This document shows, piece by piece, positions 46,048 through 57,915 of a stretch of DNA of 64,000 nucleotides. The position numbers and the translations under genes are program-made. Origin of the DNA: Naegleria gruberi. Taxonomy: Eukaryota. The stretch lies in NCBI GenBank assembly GCA_000004985.1, contig GG738900.1; one strand, given 5' to 3'. Every line of letters begins with the position of its first letter. Position 1 is the stretch's first letter. Under the pieces are notes generated by a model that was not told the DNA's origin, searched no databases, and worked only from the letters and a program-made list of their open reading frames with translations.

Positions 46048-48126
46048 TTTTTAGGTAATGAATTGGAATGTAAATTTGCAAAGAGCTGTTTATTTTTAAT
46101 GATTCTTCGCAATTGGTGCTCACTATTCGAAAGTGGGAATTAGCATTCAAAATAGGAAGTACGATAGGGTTTTTATTACAATTTCGTAAAAATTATTGCA
46201 TTAGAGGATGTCACCTACTATTCTGGTATCAAATTTAAATTGCCAAACTTGTTGCATTGTGCACTAAACCATTGGAAAATTCAAACTAAAGGATAAAATG
46301 TTGGCACTTTCGGTTAAAGTAAAGACCATGAAGTTGTAATTCACAGTAAGAAGGTGCCACCAAATGTTAATTCAAAATTACTGGAAAAATAAATTGTAAA
46401 CCAATTCAAAGCGAGAGTGAAGTATGCACTTGAACTGTAGATGAAAACTGTAGAGCGAAAAATTGTCATGATGAGGTTGAAGGTGAAGAGTAGTTACAGT
46501 TCATCATTTGAATTCTATTATTATTCTATGGGAAAGAATTGAGTTGTTCTTGCTTGGTTGTTATCATCCAAGAGTTTAAATTATATTTTGGAATTTTCTG
46601 TTGTTTGATTTGTTGTTGAGGCATGAATCAACTAGATATGATAACTTGGTCAAAATACACTGTACAATTTTCATTAATACAATATTTTGACATGTAGAAC
46701 AATCCTACATTAATAGTTTTCCAAATTATCCAGTGGAAAAAGCAGTACATCATCAAGATGAATTTAATTGAAAAAGTACTCTTTGGCATTCCCAAATATT
46801 CCACAATTATAAATAATAATATATTGTTTTGATGAGAATTGTCCATTACTGATGTTAGTGTTTGTTCCAATGATTAGGTTTCATCTTAGATTTTCCTGCC
46901 TACTGGTAAAAATGTTTCCGACTTGATGATGGTGCTCCAGTCAAATAACAATATTAATCTACTATGATAGAGTGATGATGTGAGGTCATTCCAAGAACCA
47001 TCACTTTTCCCCGAAGCATGTGTGTTGTTCCTATTTTTTGAATTTAATAATTTTTCAAAAAATTAAACAACATCAGTACTTGCGGAATGGTTGAAACAAA
47101 TAACATCAGGCTGTACATAATGGCCAAAAACAAATAATCCTTTGTGACTATTGCATCATCTCAACATGATCTTTTCTAGTAATTTATTAGTGGATTATTA
47201 TTAAAACGGAATTTATTTTTCAAAAGTTGTGGATCATCTTATCATATTCTTTCCATCAATATAATTAAATATAATGGTATTTGTGGAAATTAATATTTAG
47301 TAGTAAATTAATTTTAATTTTGATATTTAAAGTCAAACAGCATCTATGCATCGGAATTTACTTGATGAGTCGAAAAACCATCAGTTGGATTGTTGAAAAA
47401 GTATATACAAACCTAACATGTACTCCACCTTAATTACTATCATATTTATTATCAGATTTTCATCACGTTGTCAATTTACCAAGTTTCGACATTTTTCAGC
47501 AATAACAAATAATGCACAGAGGCTTGAATCATAATTTGTGAAAATCATGATGGATATCTAATAATTAAGAAATGGAAGAAGTAATCAAACTAGACTGAGT
47601 TGTTTCCTTAGGTGCTGAGAAAGATTCTGTTTTTCAAATATTTGAGGCACTTCCAGTCCATCTAACTGTTCCACATTCAAATCTTCATGCTAATCATAGC
47701 ACATATTTGAGTAATAAATTTTCTTGTTCTATTGAGATATTCTTGTTATCCCAATCATGCTTCAATTGTTCAATTTGTGATTTGGAGTTGGATGCTTCAA
47801 TTTCTGACTTTCTCTTCAAACCAGGCCTTCTGAATTTAACAACCTTAATTAAATGATAATGTTACTATGTTGAAGATTCAATATGGAAAATTACTTTACT
47901 GGGTCATTTCATTGGTGGGAATACCTTGATTTCAATCCACCTGTTATCTTTCTATTTATATCCAACTAATTGTAATTATTTATTGATTACAATAACATGT
48001 GAAATGCACATCTGTTCAGTCCCTGTTCATTTGATTGTAAAAATGATTTGAATTGGTTTCATTGGATATAAAACCTTTTCACAACTCTCAACAAAAGTGA
48101 ATAACTCAACCAAAAAAACAAATAAC

Positions 48127-49334
48127 ATGAAACCAACATCACAATTGGCGATTCTTTTAGTTTGTGCCCTCCTTGTTTCCTTATCTCATGCAGCTGATGA
48201 CTGTTTAGATAATAGCTATGCCATTCCAACAGCAAGCTTAATCACAGTAAATGGCATTCCTTCAACTGTGGATGAAGGTTTCTCCATCCTCTGGAACACT
48301 GGTCTTAAAATCAAATCACCATACTTTGTCAATATTTACTATGGATTGAACAATGGCAATTTCTTCTTGTTGAAGAATTGTAAATCCACTGCTAACAATG
48401 GTAATGCTTATTGTGGAACTAATAATTTCTTGGCCTACATTAGACACTCTTCAAATGGACACAATAAGAGAGTCATTCATCAAGTTTATTCAAATGGTAC
48501 TTTGGCCGAAAGGATTGGTTTGGAATCAGATGATTACAACACTGTTTCTAAAGGTTGGTATGTTAAGGCTGATAACTGGACTGATGTTTATCAATTCGCT
48601 TCAGGTGGTTCTGGTAGAACATTCTGCAAATCATTCAGTAATGGTGTTATTGCTGTTGACAGAGATGCTAGAGAACCATGTTCAGCATGTTTGGAAAATT
48701 CATACTCTGTACCAGCTTCTAGAGTTTTGCAATGCCTGAATTGAATCAATTTTCAGCAATTACAACTAAGGCTGGTTTGGTTGCTCCTATTCAAAAGATT
48801 TTGAGCTTGTTGAAACAAGTCAATGTTGGTTACGCCATTAACATGTACATCGGTTTTGATAATAATGATTTCTATGGAGTTTTGAACTGTGGAGTTGATG
48901 TCAACAAGAATATTGAAGTCTGTACTAAAGCTGGTTCTGCATATGTTGCCTTGATTAGAAATCAAGCTGTTCTCCAATCAACTGCTAGAAAGACCTTTGC
49001 TTTGACTGCTGATGGAGTCATGTCTGAAACTGCTTTAGATATTACCTCTGCAACCACTGAATATGCAACAACTGGTAGAGCATGGTATACCAATGGCAAT
49101 GGTTTCTCTGATTACTATCTCTTTGCTGCTCAAGGTGTCTATGGAAGAACTTATTCATTGAGTTTCATGGGTGGTGTTGCTGGTTCTGATACTTTGAATG
49201 AACCATGTAAGAGAGTTTCATGTGATAATATCATTACCCCTTCTACTTCTGTAAAGGTTGTTAATGGTGTTAATTCATTGAAATCAACTTTAATTGTTGC
49301 TTTGATTTTGGCCATTATTGTTTTGCTTTTTTAA
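48127..49334 (+). CDS. Secreted, predicted GPI-anchored protein made of two homologous ~190-aa Cys-containing repeats. Structure is join(48127..48723,48771..49334). Family not recognised.
   Basis: Signal peptide MKPTSQLAILLVCALLVSLSHA. Repeat starts CLDNSYAIPTAS and CLENSYSVPASR. Hydrophobic C-terminus STLIVALILAIIVLLF. A 47-nt GTTTTG..CTAAG intron (phase 0) is inferred from the repeat alignment. Confidence 0.5.
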
Positions 49335-49622
49335 ATATTTATATAAATTTCTATCTTCAAATTACCAAGTTATTTTCTCCTCATCAATGAGCATGTTGTG
49401 TCATACAAAATCGCTTTTTGGAAAAAACAAAACCTTGCAAACTGGTCAGATAAAAAACTAACAACCATTACTTTGGTACATGAATTCAAATCAAATTCTT
49501 TCAATTTCGAATAAGGGGCAAGCGTTATAGAGCCATCATAGAGCCTCCTCTTCTCATTTTGCTTATAGATGATGACAAATATTTTCTTTCCATATACCAG
49601 AGGTATACTGTCCTACACATAT

Positions 49623-51626
49623 TTATTGAATGAAACATTTTTTCTTTACATCATCAATTTCCAAATCAGCACCGCCACTCTTTGATTGTTTCTTCTTCAA
49701 TTTCTTCCTATATTTTTCCCTCTTTTTTTTATATTCCTCAACTTTTTTATAGTATGAATCTGGTGGCCATTTGTTTTCAGTAACATGTTTCAGATTTTCA
49801 CCTGTTAAAAGTTCCCATTCCCTTCTTGCTTTCATTGGACCATAATTTGTAGAGATGAAATGGAGACAAAAGTTGGGCAATTAATTGGCTTCATAAGTTT
49901 GAGCTAGTAATAGTAGACCTATAGTGTCAATGTCAGCATTTTCAATTCCTTGAGCAACTGATTTGTCAATATTTTTCGAGATGAAAATTTCACACAATGA
50001 GATTGCCATATTCGTTGGCCAAACTCAACAATCCAACAGCATTTCTTTCATTGATGGTAGAGTGAGCAGAGTATAGATATTCGAATAGGGCATGGAATTC
50101 ACTTATTCTATTCTCGTTCTCACCAATTTCACCACTCAAATCTACTTGCCTTGATGAGTGCTCTACGAAATTAGCTTCAAACATTGTTCTGAATACATCA
50201 CAATTAGCAGAGAGGAATAGCTTGTGTCCATGGAAATTCTTGGAAGAATCAGTTGTGGAAAAGACAATTTCGACATCGGAGTGAGTTTTCTTATCAAAGT
50301 ACTTTTTCTTAATTTCACTACCCAATAAATCATTAAGATATGTTTCAATGCTTTCATTGAACACATCTTCCTCTACTATCTGGTAATTACTGACTATATT
50401 GTTAGTGTATTCACATTCAAGGATGGTAGATGCAGTCTTGACCTTATTGAGAAATTGATCTTTTTTACACCTTTTCCGCATTGTTTCCGATCCTCCATAA
50501 TATTGAATTTCTAATAGGGATTTGAAAGCCCTATGATGAATAGTGTTGGAGAGTCTGAATTTCAATATATTTGGCTCATTCTCATCAATAGAGACAGATG
50601 AGAAACCACTCACTCTACCTCCATTAATTTTGGCACTCAACTTTTCAAATGCTTCATGTGAATAGCTATTCATTCCAGCATCTCTAGAAACCAATACTTC
50701 ATCGAATAATTTTCCAATAACTTTGGAGGGAACACAAGCCAACACCAATGAATGGGCCTTAATTTCCACATCAATGTCCTTCTTGGAATTGTAAATTACA
50801 AACTTGGTATCACAGCAAAAATCACTATCCAAAAGGTTTTTAAAACCCTTGCCATAATTTGAGCTTTCCACATAAATCCTAGGAGCTTTTCTAGCTGGAG
50901 GCACTATAGGAGGAGTTGGTTCAATATCTTCAGGGTTTCCAATCACTACCTTCTTTCTTCCTTTTTTTGAAGATTTGGACACGTAAATTGTTTCTGAAAT
51001 TGCCAATTTGAAGAGTTTATCAATATTGTACATGGCTCTAGAGCTTGTAATAATGCATAGTGAAGCAAGTGAATTCTGTAACTTTTGCTCAATCATTTCC
51101 TTAGTGACTATTGAGTCACAATCAGCATTTGAGACAAGGTCACTCTTACACCCAACCAAAATGATCTATTTGAATAGAAAGGGAATATTCAATGAATTCA
51201 TTGGCATGGAATGGTCAACTTACTGGAATATCAGGACAGTGATGAATCAATTCTGGAATCCATTTTGATTCGACATTCTCAAAGGAAATACGATCGACCA
51301 TTGAAAAACTTAATCATTACGTTAGAGGAAGAATTCAACCACCGAAAAACATACCAAACAAAGAAGACATCAGTTCTCAGATATGAAAGAGCTCTCAATC
51401 TATCATAATCTAGTCAATTGTCAAATTGTCACAATTTTTATAATTCCAACATACCAGTATCCCACAATCCAACATTATAATTTCTATTTCCATATATCAC
51501 ATTAACACTATCAAAAACTGTTGGAGCATAATCTTCGGGAAATGAATTTGTGGTGGAGGCAATCAAAAGACAACTCTTTCCGACTTTGCTATCACCAACA
51601 ACTACCAATTTCAAGCTGTTCTCCAT
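49623..51626 (-). CDS. RhoBTB-type protein with an atypical Rho GTPase domain, two BTB/POZ domains, a polybasic tail and a CAAX box (CFIQ). It has at least five exons; resolved exons are 51438..51626, about 51372-51406, about 51164-51246, and 49990 to about 51106, with a C-terminal exon inside 49623..49880. Comparable to Dictyostelium RacA.
   Basis: [21 protein letters not shown]...LWDTG / [10 protein letters not shown] / [35 protein letters not shown] / [13 protein letters not shown] domains at [11 protein letters not shown]...[13 protein letters not shown] and HSDVEIVF...[22 protein letters not shown]-terminus [23 protein letters not shown]...CFIQ*. The G3 motif lacks AGQE. Confidence 0.7.
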
Positions 51627-53619
51627 TATTTACAGGTTGATGTGTTTGTTATTTTTTTTGTGGTTTTTAAATCTCTTGATATCAAACATAAAAACGCGGT
51701 ATAAAGTTAAAAATAGATTCTTATAGATGTGAAAATAGCTCACAATCGAAAGGATGAACAAAGCTTATTACAAAAGTGGAAGTGAAAGTGGTATTTATCA
51801 TGAATTTTATCACAGAAATCACTCTTGAAACATGAATTGTACTAGAATGTTCGAATTGATCAATTTAAGGTGGCACTGTAGCTCGCAATAAAAGACGAAG
51901 TAAACTGTTAATGTTTGAGAAGCTCTCCCACGGAATGCTACCACTCTGGAGATACAATTCGAAGAGAGTATATCCTATCAGATGTATATATTACAATCCT
52001 GCATTACATTTCTTTACAAATCGCTAGATATTGAATAAATAATAAAATCCTCTGTTGATCGAACTTGTAATCAGAAATGTGACGGTAAAAAAATTAAAGT
52101 TTCAACCCTCTTGCACGCAACAGCAACAAAATAAAACCCAGAGAAGAACAACATATGTTCTAGAGATGTTGTTCTATTTGTTCCTGCATTACATTGTTGT
52201 GATGTTGTTATGCGCCAATATTAATCACACAGTAGCCATTCCAATTTTAATTCTTGGCAGTGAAGGTCCATTCCAATTTTCACCACTTGCCTTTTTTGAA
52301 AAATTAAAGGACTTGGAAATATTTCTTAACAATATTGGGTCAACATCAGGTATATCATGCCTGTGTTGATTCTTGGTGTAATTTCACATCTATTAACTCC
52401 AAGAATTTCACCACATCATCTCATCATCATTTAAATAATATTATTAATAGTAATTTTTGGAATTCAATCCTTCATCATGATTTGGCAATAATTTTATTAT
52501 TTGGAAAAATTCAAGTTGGTACATCATCATCGGAACAACTACCAACCATCATTGTTATTTATCATCATTATAATAGTAATATTTGTGGAAATAAATCTGA
52601 TAATAGTATTATTTTAGTGAAATATTTTCACTAAAATCATCATCACTGCCAGATTTATATGATAATTTGGAAAACTTTCAATCTAGTATTGTTCAGCATG
52701 GTCGATTCCATCAGGTAAAATCACTTCCGAACGTTTTCCTATTGTTTATCATGATGATAGGTACATGTATATTTTCAACATGTACATGGACCATATCTCA
52801 ACATGTACTTCACCAACTTGGAAAATGTCTTTCATCACTACTATTCAAATACATAATAAACAATATATTTATCAGATTTTCATCATTTTGTGTTTTTGCC
52901 AACTTCGGGTTATTCATGGTCCCAATCATGATTCATGCCAAAAGTACAGTCAATCTTCTTGAAACATTAATAAACTTTTATTAGTACAATATTGTAGATG
53001 TACCATATCAATTATTTCGTCTTGTTTCGTTGAAATCATGAAGGGTTTGGAAACGTGTTGTTTTGATTTGTTTCTTCTGTGGCTCCATGGTCTTTATGAT
53101 CTGATATTGGGTTATTAAGCGCCGTTTGGGTATTTTGTTGGTTTTTTTAGTAAAGTTTTAAAAAAAGTATATAGTTCTTATCTAGTTATCGAGTTGTGGT
53201 GTAAATGTGTTGTTTTCAAGCTATTCGAAAGTAGTAACGATTTCGATATTCCGTTACTTTGCGTCACTTTGCGGACGGACTTACATTCAATCAATTTGGT
53301 TGTCATTCATATTGATGCGTAGAATTTTTGAGAGTATTTTTGAATGTACGTTATTTTTATCTACGCATGAATGAAAAGTACAACAATGATCAAGAGGAAT
53401 TGAGTCATGAGTATGATACTTTCTCAGATTGTTCTACGCATCAAGAGTATTCGATTCAGGATTCTATTCATATATGATATTTGTAATACATATATTGAAT
53501 TGGATGAGATGGAGTGCCATCTTGTTTTAAAAGTTGAGTCGACATTAAGGTATTCAGTAAATTGATACCACATGACTAATTAGAGTGATTATATGTCATT
53601 ATATCAATTTCTTTGAAAA

Positions 53620-53744
53620 CAGACTTGCTTCTGGACCTTTCAGATTTCTAGCCACTTTGACAGATCACCAAGTACTATCTACTGGATGCATTTCTTGAAA
53701 TAAAAGTATTTAATTTGAATAAAGTCCACTTTATTTGAGATGGT
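53620..53744 (+). repeat. Subtelomeric junction element, copy 1 of about 125 bp, directly preceding the first (GGGTTT)n array.
   Basis: About 85% identical to 57790-57915 (TTCTGGACCYTTCAGATTTCYAGCCA...CTATCTACTGGATGYATTTCTTGAAAT...ACTTTATTTGAGATG). Confidence 0.6.
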
Positions 53745-54105
53745 GTTGGGTTTGGGTTTGGGTTTGGGTTTGGGTTTGGGTTTGGGTTTGGGTTTGGGTT
53801 TGGGTTTGGGTTTGGTTTTGGGTTTGGGTTTGGGTTTGGGTTTGGGTTTGGGTTTGGGTTTGGGTTTGGGTTTGGGTTTGGGTTTGGGTTTGGGTTTGGG
53901 TTTGGGTTTGGGTTTGGGTTTGGGTTTGGGTTTGGGTTTGGGTTTGGGTTTGGGTTTGGGTTTGGGTTTGGGTTTGGGTTTGGGTTGGGTTTGGGTTTGG
54001 GTTTGGGTTTGGGTTTGGGTTTGGGTTTGGGTTTGGGTTTGGGTTTGGGTTTGGGTTTGGGTTTGGGTTTGGGTTTGGGTTTGGGTTTGGGTTTGGGTTT
54101 GGGTT
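53745..54105 (+). repeat. (GGGTTT)n telomere-like hexamer array of about 60 units with a few GGTTTT/GGGTT variants. It abuts an N gap.
   Basis: Perfect tandem hexamers starting right after a unique junction (...TTTGAGATGGTGTT|GGGTTTGGG). The six-frame ORFs here ([12 protein letters not shown]) are artifacts. Confidence 0.8.
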
Positions 54106-57004
54106 NNNNNNNNNNNNNNNNNNNNNNNNNNNNNNNNNNNNNNNNNNNNNNNNNNNNNNNNNNNNNNNNNNNNNNNNNNNNNNNNNNNNNNNNNNNNNNN
54201 NNNNNNNNNNNNNNNNNNNNNNNNNNNNNNNNNNNNNNNNNNNNNNNNNNNNNNNNNNNNNNNNNNNNNNNNNNNNNNNNNNNNNNNNNNNNNNNNNNNN
54301 NNNNNNNNNNNNNNNNNNNNNNNNNNNNNNNNNNNNNNNNNNNNNNNNNNNNNNNNNNNNNNNNNNNNNNNNNNNNNNNNNNNNNNNNNNNNNNNNNNNN
54401 NNNNNNNNNNNNNNNNNNNNNNNNNNNNNNNNNNNNNNNNNNNNNNNNNNNNNNNNNNNNNNNNNNNNNNNNNNNNNNNNNNNNNNNNNNNNNNNNNNNN
54501 NNNNNNNNNNNNNNNNNNNNNNNNNNNNNNNNNNNNNNNNNNNNNNNNNNNNNNNNNNNNNNNNNNNNNNNNNNNNNNNNNNNNNNNNNNNNNNNNNNNN
54601 NNNNNNNNNNNNNNNNNNNNNNNNNNNNNNNNNNNNNNNNNNNNNNNNNNNNNNNNNNNNNNNNNNNNNNNNNNNNNNNNNNNNNNNNNNNNNNNNNNNN
54701 NNNNNNNNNNNNNNNNNNNNNNNNNNNNNNNNNNNNNNNNNNNNNNNNNNNNNNNNNNNNNNNNNNNNNNNNNNNNNNNNNNNNNNNNNNNNNNNNNNNN
54801 NNNNNNNNNNNNNNNNNNNNNNNNNNNNNNNNNNNNNNNNNNNNNNNNNNNNNNNNNNNNNNNNNNNNNNNNNNNNNNNNNNNNNNNNNNNNNNNNNNNN
54901 NNNNNNNNNNNNNNNNNNNNNNNNNNNNNNNNNNNNNNNNNNNNNNNNNNNNNNNNNNNNNNNNNNNNNNNNNNNNNNNNNNNNNNNNNNNNNNNNNNNN
55001 NNNNNNNNNNNNNNNNNNNNNNNNNNNNNNNNNNNNNNNNNNNNNNNNNNNNNNNNNNNNNNNNNNNNNNNNNNNNNNNNNNNNNNNNNNNNNNNNNNNN
55101 NNNNNNNNNNNNNNNNNNNNNNNNNNNNNNNNNNNNNNNNNNNNNNNNNNNNNNNNNNNNNNNNNNNNNNNNNNNNNNNNNNNNNNNNNNNNNNNNNNNN
55201 NNNNNNNNNNNNNNNNNNNNNNNNNNNNNNNNNNNNNNNNNNNNNNNNNNNNNNNNNNNNNNNNNNNNNNNNNNNNNNNNNNNNNNNNNNNNNNNNNNNN
55301 NNNNNNNNNNNNNNNNNNNNNNNNNNNNNNNNNNNNNNNNNNNNNNNNNNNNNNNNNNNNNNNNNNNNNNNNNNNNNNNNNNNNNNNNNNNNNNNNNNNN
55401 NNNNNNNNNNNNNNNNNNNNNNNNNNNNNNNNNNNNNNNNNNNNNNNNNNNNNNNNNNNNNNNNNNNNNNNNNNNNNNNNNNNNNNNNNNNNNNNNNNNN
55501 NNNNNNNNNNNNNNNNNNNNNNNNNNNNNNNNNNNNNNNNNNNNNNNNNNNNNNNNNNNNNNNNNNNNNNNNNNNNNNNNNNNNNNNNNNNNNNNNNNNN
55601 NNNNNNNNNNNNNNNNNNNNNNNNNNNNNNNNNNNNNNNNNNNNNNNNNNNNNNNNNNNNNNNNNNNNNNNNNNNNNNNNNNNNNNNNNNNNNNNNNNNN
55701 NNNNNNNNNNNNNNNNNNNNNNNNNNNNNNNNNNNNNNNNNNNNNNNNNNNNNNNNNNNNNNNNNNNNNNNNNNNNNNNNNNNNNNNNNNNNNNNNNNNN
55801 NNNNNNNNNNNNNNNNNNNNNNNNNNNNNNNNNNNNNNNNNNNNNNNNNNNNNNNNNNNNNNNNNNNNNNNNNNNNNNNNNNNNNNNNNNNNNNNNNNNN
55901 NNNNNNNNNNNNNNNNNNNNNNNNNNNNNNNNNNNNNNNNNNNNNNNNNNNNNNNNNNNNNNNNNNNNNNNNNNNNNNNNNNNNNNNNNNNNNNNNNNNN
56001 NNNNNNNNNNNNNNNNNNNNNNNNNNNNNNNNNNNNNNNNNNNNNNNNNNNNNNNNNNNNNNNNNNNNNNNNNNNNNNNNNNNNNNNNNNNNNNNNNNNN
56101 NNNNNNNNNNNNNNNNNNNNNNNNNNNNNNNNNNNNNNNNNNNNNNNNNNNNNNNNNNNNNNNNNNNNNNNNNNNNNNNNNNNNNNNNNNNNNNNNNNNN
56201 NNNNNNNNNNNNNNNNNNNNNNNNNNNNNNNNNNNNNNNNNNNNNNNNNNNNNNNNNNNNNNNNNNNNNNNNNNNNNNNNNNNNNNNNNNNNNNNNNNNN
56301 NNNNNNNNNNNNNNNNNNNNNNNNNNNNNNNNNNNNNNNNNNNNNNNNNNNNNNNNNNNNNNNNNNNNNNNNNNNNNNNNNNNNNNNNNNNNNNNNNNNN
56401 NNNNNNNNNNNNNNNNNNNNNNNNNNNNNNNNNNNNNNNNNNNNNNNNNNNNNNNNNNNNNNNNNNNNNNNNNNNNNNNNNNNNNNNNNNNNNNNNNNNN
56501 NNNNNNNNNNNNNNNNNNNNNNNNNNNNNNNNNNNNNNNNNNNNNNNNNNNNNNNNNNNNNNNNNNNNNNNNNNNNNNNNNNNNNNNNNNNNNNNNNNNN
56601 NNNNNNNNNNNNNNNNNNNNNNNNNNNNNNNNNNNNNNNNNNNNNNNNNNNNNNNNNNNNNNNNNNNNNNNNNNNNNNNNNNNNNNNNNNNNNNNNNNNN
56701 NNNNNNNNNNNNNNNNNNNNNNNNNNNNNNNNNNNNNNNNNNNNNNNNNNNNNNNNNNNNNNNNNNNNNNNNNNNNNNNNNNNNNNNNNNNNNNNNNNNN
56801 NNNNNNNNNNNNNNNNNNNNNNNNNNNNNNNNNNNNNNNNNNNNNNNNNNNNNNNNNNNNNNNNNNNNNNNNNNNNNNNNNNNNNNNNNNNNNNNNNNNN
56901 NNNNNNNNNNNNNNNNNNNNNNNNNNNNNNNNNNNNNNNNNNNNNNNNNNNNNNNNNNNNNNNNNNNNNNNNNNNNNNNNNNNNNNNNNNNNNNNNNNNN
57001 NNNN
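54106..57004. other. Assembly gap (N run, 2899 nt).
   Basis: Continuous N. The ORFs translated across it are artifacts. Confidence 0.95.
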
Positions 57005-57789
57005 TTTCATTGAGATGGAATGTTCACAAAGATATATTAAGTGTCGACATTGAACATTTACTGATTAATTTTATGATAATAGTTTGAAATGTTTCTAAAC
57101 CATTGTAGATGTATTTAATTGATGTATAGACTATGTGATATCAATTCTAGACTTATTGTACGTAAAATGAATGAGTTGGAGTATAATCTATGATACCATG
57201 TAAAAGTCTATAGTAAATTGATAGAGTTGACATCTCAACATCTACTTAACCAATATCTGTGGTCAGGTTCTCGGCGCATTTTTGTGATGCTCCCAAAAAA
57301 CATGGAATGCTCCCAAAGCTGATTTACCTGTAGGGGTAATTGGATGCGCCAATAACACCGATTTATTACTTAAGCAAATTCACTCAACTTCAACAAAGCA
57401 TATCTCAATAACAACACTGGATGTTAGAGAAACATACCGTATGGTCATTATTAATTATGTTAACAATCATAATATCAAGTTTGTTACGGATTTGGCTCTT
57501 TACTTATCGAGAAAAGTGATTTCAAAATTTTCATATGTTGTAGTAAGACGAGCATGTTTTCTTGGTTAATACAAATAACTGATATTCAATAAAACAGAAT
57601 CTTGTAGAAAACATCAATTAGAACATGAATAATAAATAATATTTTTATTTCACTAAGTATTAAATTTAATATTTCCTTTTTTGTAAGGAGCATTGTAAAA
57701 ATACGGGAAAAACATTTCCACAGATATTCATGAAATTGATACCATATGTTAATAAGAGTGTCTACATATCATGGTATTAATTTCAGTGA

Positions 57790-57915
57790 AAATGGAGTTG
57801 TTTCTGGACCCTTCAGATTTCCAGCCATTCCATTGAAATATCACCATGTGCTATCTACTGGATGTATTTCTTGAAATGAAAACATATAATTTATGAAAGT
57901 ACACTTTATTTGAGA
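57790..57915 (+). repeat. Subtelomeric junction element, copy 2; internal, not followed by telomere repeats.
   Basis: Aligns with 53620-53744 up to ...TTTGAGATG, then diverges (TGGAACACGATATT) where copy 1 enters GGGTTT repeats. Confidence 0.6.

Noticed and set aside
52055-52984. Several 60-105-aa ORFs (52055-52369, 52335-52634, 52667-52984)
   Set aside because: They are in a very AT-rich subtelomeric stretch with hydrophobic, low-complexity translations and no start context or motifs. They were not called as genes.
53675-57087. Very long ORFs (over 1000 aa) in the track, translated as GLGL / VWVW / FGFG followed by X runs
   Set aside because: They are translations of the (GGGTTT)n array and of the N gap; there is no coding potential. 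The same applies to the ORFs at 59581-63207 and 59663-63124 across the second gap.
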